Notes under the pieces: model-generated
Databases searched by the model: none
What the model saw: the letters and a program-made list of their open reading frames with translations, nothing else
Told to the model about the DNA's origin: nothing
Assembly: GCA_964016885.1 (NCBI GenBank)
Contig: OZ024743.1
Span: 7,254,001-7,318,000, forward strand
Source of the DNA: Eledone cirrhosa
Taxonomy: Eukaryota
DNA length: 64,000 nt
Direction of reading: 5' to 3'
Part shown: positions 61,801 to 64,000 of the stretch, piece by piece
Layout: every line of letters begins with the position of its first letter
Position numbering within the stretch: position 1 is the stretch's first letter
Made by a program: the position numbers and the translations under genes

Positions 61801-62701
61801 GGCTCCTGGACACTAATTACCATCTTTTTAAAATATTTAAGTATAAAGCTACAATTGTAAACAAGATTTGGTTAAATTAAGGAGCATTGGGAAATTTGAA
61901 AATATAGTAACCACAATGCAGACAACTATTATTATAGCTATCCACATTGTGGCAACTAAATTTTTAAATTTCCCAATGCTACATAAAGTCTGTCTTAAGC
62001 TAGAAGGCTCGTTAGGCCAGTGCTTAAACCACAGGGTTAAACCCTCAGCTATTGCTGGTACTCATTTTCAGACTGGAGCAACGTGAAATGAAGTGTTTTG
62101 CTCAAGAACACAACACACAACCCAGCCCAGTAATCAAACCCATGACATTATGATTGTAAGTCCAACACCCTTACCACTAGGCCACGCACCTGCTACTTAA
62201 GCCAACAAAATTTTTTTTACATCTAAAATATATTTTGACAAAGAAATTACAGAAATATATTCAATAACTTTCATTTTTATATTAATTTGATTACAATAAG
62301 TAATATGAAATATAACTAAGGAAAGAAACTACCATGTATACTCGAATATAAGCCAAGGAATATGTGACCAAAAATCGATGGTAAAATTGGGGGAATGGGG
62401 GAGGTCGGCTTATATTCGGGGTCAATATTTTGATGATTTTCACCAACTTCAAATTTTACATAAATAAGCTTTGGATATTTGCCCATTCCTCAGACATAAA
62501 ATAGTGGGCTGAGCTTATATTCGTATTGGCTTATATTCCAGCATATACAGTAATATGTACAGTAATACATGCTTACAGGGACTTTTTGGTAAAATAGAAG
62601 ATTATAAAAGATCTTAGAGATGTTGGCTCTTAGACCATGAAACTCATCCAAGGTACTTGATGCATTTAGCATATTCTTTTCAATTAGAAAGTGGCATATC
62701 T
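25825..62701 (-). CDS. EIF2AK1: eIF2-alpha kinase, HRI/EIF2AK1-like; gene span, 15 exons in window, 5' end not found
   Basis: Phase-consistent GT-AG exon chain encoding an HRI-like N-terminal domain, RYKLEF..LGNGGFGSV, YAVKK, EVKTLASLKHKNIVGYNSAWLE, Ser-rich insert, LYIQMELC, HRDIKPAN, DFGLA, GVGTLTYSAPEQL, SDIYSLG and a C-terminal coiled coil; about 430-446 aa visible. Confidence 0.88.
26564..26634 (-). CDS. EIF2AK1: Candidate terminal coding exon A of the kinase
   Basis: aatcag|(E)KTDYLISINSGDVFASPVSQHL*; in phase but weak pyrimidine tract. Confidence 0.4.
27094..27178 (-). CDS. EIF2AK1: HRI-like kinase exon, C-terminal coiled coil
   Basis: DIIRDQNKQIEDLKNQVNELKLLVRHYQ|gtaaaa; heptad pattern like the HRI C-terminus. 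Confidence 0.85.
27609..27701 (-). CDS. EIF2AK1: HRI-like kinase exon, subdomain XI
   Basis: AEIIKNMTRKDPAERLTAQNILSQCLTPTKD|gtaagt. Confidence 0.88.
28541..30152 (+). mobile_element. CR1-clade LINE, 5'-truncated, subfamily with duplicated 3'UTR
   Basis: RT motifs NYRPVSLTS, YLDFDKAF, GVPQGSVLGP, KYADD; CR1-type C-terminus NTRGH; (ATT)n tail; late frameshift near 29750. Confidence 0.92.
30225..30365 (-). CDS. EIF2AK1: HRI-like kinase exon, subdomains IX-X
   Basis: SDIYSLGLIIYELYYSFTTMTERSVLFRKLKETSEVDDFVEHHFPDK|gtaatg. Confidence 0.93.
30998..32631 (+). mobile_element. CR1-clade LINE, 5'-truncated, inserted in a piggyBac-like MITE
   Basis: RT ORF with YADD, frameshifts and (ATT)n tail; MITE halves on both sides. 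Confidence 0.92.
32889..32971 (-). CDS. EIF2AK1: HRI-like kinase exon, subdomain VIII
   Basis: NLLLSVGVGTLTYSAPEQLHSSQYNTK|gtaaat. Confidence 0.92.
33212..33480 (+). mobile_element. CR1 3' fragment
   Basis: Matches the CR1 3' end with (ATT)n tail. Confidence 0.85.
34088..34368 (+). mobile_element. CR1 3' fragment with internal deletion, inside a Tigger-like MITE
   Basis: Matches the CR1 3' end. Confidence 0.8.
35718..35814 (-). CDS. EIF2AK1: HRI-like kinase exon, subdomain VII
   Basis: PANIFLLDNFLVKIGDFGLAKRSYSSGSDTAE|gtaaat. Confidence 0.93.
37140..37830 (-). mobile_element. Degenerate RTE fragment with nested SINE
   Basis: WKKFRDLLLLL..RLYDTSVQTAMLHSSET; SINE at about 37405-37517. Confidence 0.7.
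38171..38265 (-). CDS. EIF2AK1: HRI-like kinase exon, subdomain VIa-VIb
   Basis: IDVMTNLNILKGAVEGLEFIHSKGIIHRDIK|gtaaaa. Confidence 0.93.
39316..39547 (+). mobile_element. CR1 3' fragment inserted in the satellite
   Basis: Matches 44810-45040 in reverse complement. Confidence 0.85.
40785..41110 (+). mobile_element. CR1 3' fragment (duplicated-3'UTR subfamily) inserted in the satellite
   Basis: Matches 29836-30150. Confidence 0.85.
41721..41823 (-). CDS. EIF2AK1: HRI-like kinase exon, subdomain V
   Basis: YPTYKTLYIQMELCQQTLEDWLNTRNSTDNPLIE|gtaagt. Confidence 0.92.
41865..42980 (+). mobile_element. RTE-clade LINE 3' portion with (GAT)n tail
   Basis: DSFCYLG, AMLHGSETW, RLRWYGHV and GGPKKTW motifs; 3'UTR shared with the SINE tails; ends gatgatgatgat. 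Confidence 0.85.
44258..44351 (-). CDS. EIF2AK1: HRI-like kinase exon, kinase insert 2 (Ser-rich)
   Basis: ctttcaaag|(R)VIKEADSSSNSSDSSDCSNNQICSLSKHSIC|gtaagc; phase 2 to phase 0. Confidence 0.72.
44810..47008 (-). mobile_element. CR1-clade LINE, longest copy in the window, 5'-truncated
   Basis: ORFs 46054-47037 and 44918-46195 join across a 14-bp duplication; complete RT and C-terminus; (ATT)n tail. Confidence 0.93.
47792..49737 (-). mobile_element. CR1-clade LINE, 5'-truncated
   Basis: RT ORF 48574-49677 plus frameshifted C-terminus; (ATT)n tail. Confidence 0.92.
49769..49835 (-). CDS. EIF2AK1: HRI-like kinase exon, kinase insert 1
   Basis: tttcttccag|(P)PSTNEGLDLEYSLNSDFTSNS|gtaata; phase 1 to phase 2. 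Confidence 0.72.
49893..50049 (-). mobile_element. CR1 3' fragment
   Basis: Matches the CR1 3'UTR. Confidence 0.75.
50099..51397 (-). mobile_element. CR1-clade LINE, 5'-truncated
   Basis: RT ORFs 50717-51412 and 50256-50714; tail. Confidence 0.92.
52323..52416 (-). CDS. EIF2AK1: HRI-like kinase exon, subdomains III-IV
   Basis: IFEEVKTLASLKHKNIVGYNSAWLEYDDFQT|gtaagt. Confidence 0.92.
52500..52765 (+). mobile_element. CRE-clade non-LTR retrotransposon fragment (restriction-like endonuclease C-terminus)
   Basis: PGSAALPAEEGKHSKY..VMETSDVLGPRA..IG..L..EPREMEWFFQHVSLTILQGN resembles the CRE motif AA..AE..K..KY..ET.G..G..A..QRxSxxxQRGN (from recall). Confidence 0.65.
53175..53258 (-). CDS. EIF2AK1: HRI-like kinase exon, subdomain II
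   Basis: AFNKLDGRYYAVKKICLKNKEKSLEISR|gtaagt. Confidence 0.9.
54633..54826 (+). mobile_element. CR1 3' fragment
   Basis: Matches the CR1 3'UTR. Confidence 0.8.
54832..55209 (+). mobile_element. tRNA-derived SINE family 1
   Basis: Same head; tail matches the RTE 3'UTR through (GAT)n. Confidence 0.8.
55537..56480. mobile_element. hAT-like MITE containing a nested Helitron
   Basis: TIR cagaggttctcaaa / tttgagaacctctg; near-match 8-bp flanks gggtagtc / gtgtagtc. Related element at about 35191-35540. Confidence 0.65.
55642..56241 (+). mobile_element. Non-autonomous Helitron
   Basis: A|TC 5' end (tctatatatataaag..gtctgtttgtttgt), subterminal GC hairpin cgcagcaaggcgcg, 3' CTAG|T, no TSD. Confidence 0.7.
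56628..56697 (-). CDS. EIF2AK1: HRI-like kinase exon, subdomain I
   Basis: ERYKLEFDDTGQLGNGGFGSVRK, AG/GT boundaries. Confidence 0.9.
56742..57520 (-). mobile_element. CR1-clade LINE 3' fragment, duplicated-3'UTR subfamily
   Basis: Nearly identical to 29380-30150 in reverse complement. Confidence 0.9.
57794..57831 (-). CDS. EIF2AK1: HRI-like kinase 38-nt linker exon
   Basis: tttttgcag|NPLTTYPQNIQK+TA|gtaagt; bridges phase 0 to phase 2 as the neighbouring exons require. Confidence 0.75.
57865..58052 (+). mobile_element. tRNA-derived SINE family 2, full length, 17-bp target-site duplication (TSD)
   Basis: A/B boxes; core gcctttcatccttacggggtcgataaaataaagtacc; tail gtagaaacaattatt; TSD attatttattacttaag at 57848-57864 and 58049-58065. 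Other copies at about 13777-13895(-), 23430-23600(-), 30578-30730(+), 35263-35448(-), 37405-37517(+), 53990-54170(-) and 59165-59315(+). Confidence 0.85.
58103..58286 (-). mobile_element. SINE family 2, inverted relative to its neighbour
   Basis: Reverse-complement match to 57865-58052. Confidence 0.85.
58545..61060 (+). mobile_element. Degenerate RTE-clade LINE (APE endonuclease and RT remnants)
   Basis: RNEEGSRLLEFCIANDLSICNTNF, YKSKGDALDRENYRGI, HQGLVLNPLLF, LYVDDL; many stops. Confidence 0.8.
58760..59394 (+). mobile_element. CR1 3' fragment inside an RTE element, itself interrupted by a SINE
   Basis: CLASLGMDTLKL..PEIRQHYT* plus 3'UTR and tail. Confidence 0.85.
61123..61476 (+). mobile_element. 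CR1 3' fragment
   Basis: LFDLHVSNTCGH..PEIRQNYT* plus tail. Confidence 0.85.
62330..62552. mobile_element. Tc1/mariner (Tigger-like) MITE
   Basis: TA-flanked imperfect TIRs taccatgtatactcgaatataagcc / ggcttatattccagcatatacagta; related copy at about 34049-34679. Confidence 0.55.
62577..62701 (-). CDS. EIF2AK1: HRI-like kinase exon, N-terminal regulatory domain
   Basis: ttattttccag|..ICHFLIEKNMLNASSTLDEFHGLRANISKIFYNLLFYQKVP|gtaagc; resembles the mammalian HRI LCQTF..DEFSSLR segment (from recall). Confidence 0.8.
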
Positions 62702-63639
62702 CTGGAAAATAAAATTATTTATATATATTATTTATGAGTAATGACAAGATAACATGAAAAGTAGCTAGTTCAAGCATTGCTGCAGTTACTTTGTTACACC
62801 TTTAGGTAACAAACATTACTTTAACCAATGCTCCTTATAATTTTTCTCATAGTGTGGAAAATTAACGTTAAACGATGATGATAATGATGAGCAGCATGTT
62901 TGATGTTTTGAGTAAACATATCTTAAATTCAAAGATATTGTGCAGCAACAATTCAAGGCTCCTGAGCGGCAACATTTTGATGAGAACAACACCAGTACAT
63001 GGATGTGCAGCTTATAGGGAGCATTGATTCTGTTTCAATTTCCCAGATTAGTAATCCTCTTTTAAAGTTGATTGTTTAGCACTAAGGAGAGCCACCAATA
63101 TAAATATTTATTCTAGCCATAAGGAAATTTGTATAAATCATCTTATTCACACTGGGATGGAATAAATAAAAAAATATCTTCTTATCATTCATAGGTTCTG
63201 AACAATAATGTATAATTTCTTTTAATGGAAATGAGCTAATGGATAGAGAGTAACTTAACATAAGTAGGTGTGGATTCAAGTTTACAAATATTAAAGTGAT
63301 AAGACAAACCTTTTCTGTAGCTCTATGCTTTTAAAATAATATCAAGAAAGAAACCTCCTAGTCCACACTGTAAACGTGGTTGGTGTTAGGAAGGGCATCC
63401 AGCCGTAGAAAACCCGCCAGACAGTCCTATACGAGCAGGACAACCAATCTTGCCTCAAGTGGGAAAACTCCCGTCCAAACCCATGCAAGCGTGGAACACG
63501 GACGTTAAACGTTGATGATGATGATGAAAGGATTCAAATTAGTGATGTAATGTTATCATGTTTGTCCATCATTCCATTAAGTCAAATATTTAGATTAATT
63601 GCTATATTAGCCTTAGCCCTCTCCTATTTATTATTGCCT

Positions 63640-64000
63640 TTCAGGCTATAACAGAGGAGTTCAAGACTGGCTGCCCATGGGAATTTCTCTATGTAGATGA
63701 TCTAACGCTCATAGCTGAATCGATGGCTGAACTAGAGAAGAAATTCCAAACATGGAAGCATGGCCTAGAATCAAAAGGCCTTAAAATTAACTTGTCTAAG
63801 ACTAAAGTTCTAGTATGTAGGAAGGAAAATAGGGCACAGGTCCCCTCTGGGAAATGGACATACTCAGTGTGTAGGAAAGAAGTAGGCAGAAATTTCATTT
63901 TATGTCCCAAATACAAAGTATGGGTGCATAAAAGATGTAGTGGGATCACAGGTAAGCTATCTAAGAACGTAGATTTTATATGTGGCCGGTGCTCAGGTGC
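63640..64000 (+). mobile_element. RTE-clade LINE fragment (RT motif plus Cys/His finger), runs off the window
   Basis: PWEFLYVDDLTLIAES..GLKINLSKTKVL then CxxC..WVHKRC. Confidence 0.8.

Noticed and set aside
63082-63279. Possible first coding exon of the kinase
   Set aside because: No similarity to the HRI N-terminus and no convincing phase-1 donor; the true upstream exon is probably outside the window.

Overview
AT-rich eukaryotic (animal) genomic DNA; the repeat landscape suggests a coleoid cephalopod such as Octopus (inference). Two convergent genes. (1) On +, a ZNF532/ZNF592/ZNF687-family C2H2 zinc-finger gene whose 1645-aa CDS is one exon (15037-19974), with probable upstream 5'UTR exons carrying uORFs. 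(2) On -, a spliced eIF2-alpha kinase of the HRI/EIF2AK1 type that the ORF track mostly misses. I reconstructed 15 exons by hand (62701 down to 25825 or 26564), all GT-AG and phase-compatible; its 5' end was not found and probably lies beyond the window. The rest is transposon-derived: about 15 CR1-clade LINE copies (14 in the kinase introns, both orientations), RTE-clade LINEs carrying a PHD-like finger, two tRNA-derived SINE families, piggyBac-, hAT- and Tigger-like MITEs, a Helitron, a CRE-clade fragment, a 2.5-kb satellite with higher-order structure, and two palindromes. No prokaryotic or CRISPR system is supported. The best leads are an HRI lacking the heme ligands, inverted repeats bracketing kinase exons, ATTATT(CTA)-targeted SINE insertion, and a possible stress-response link between the two genes. 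All coordinates were read by eye; repeat boundaries are approximate.
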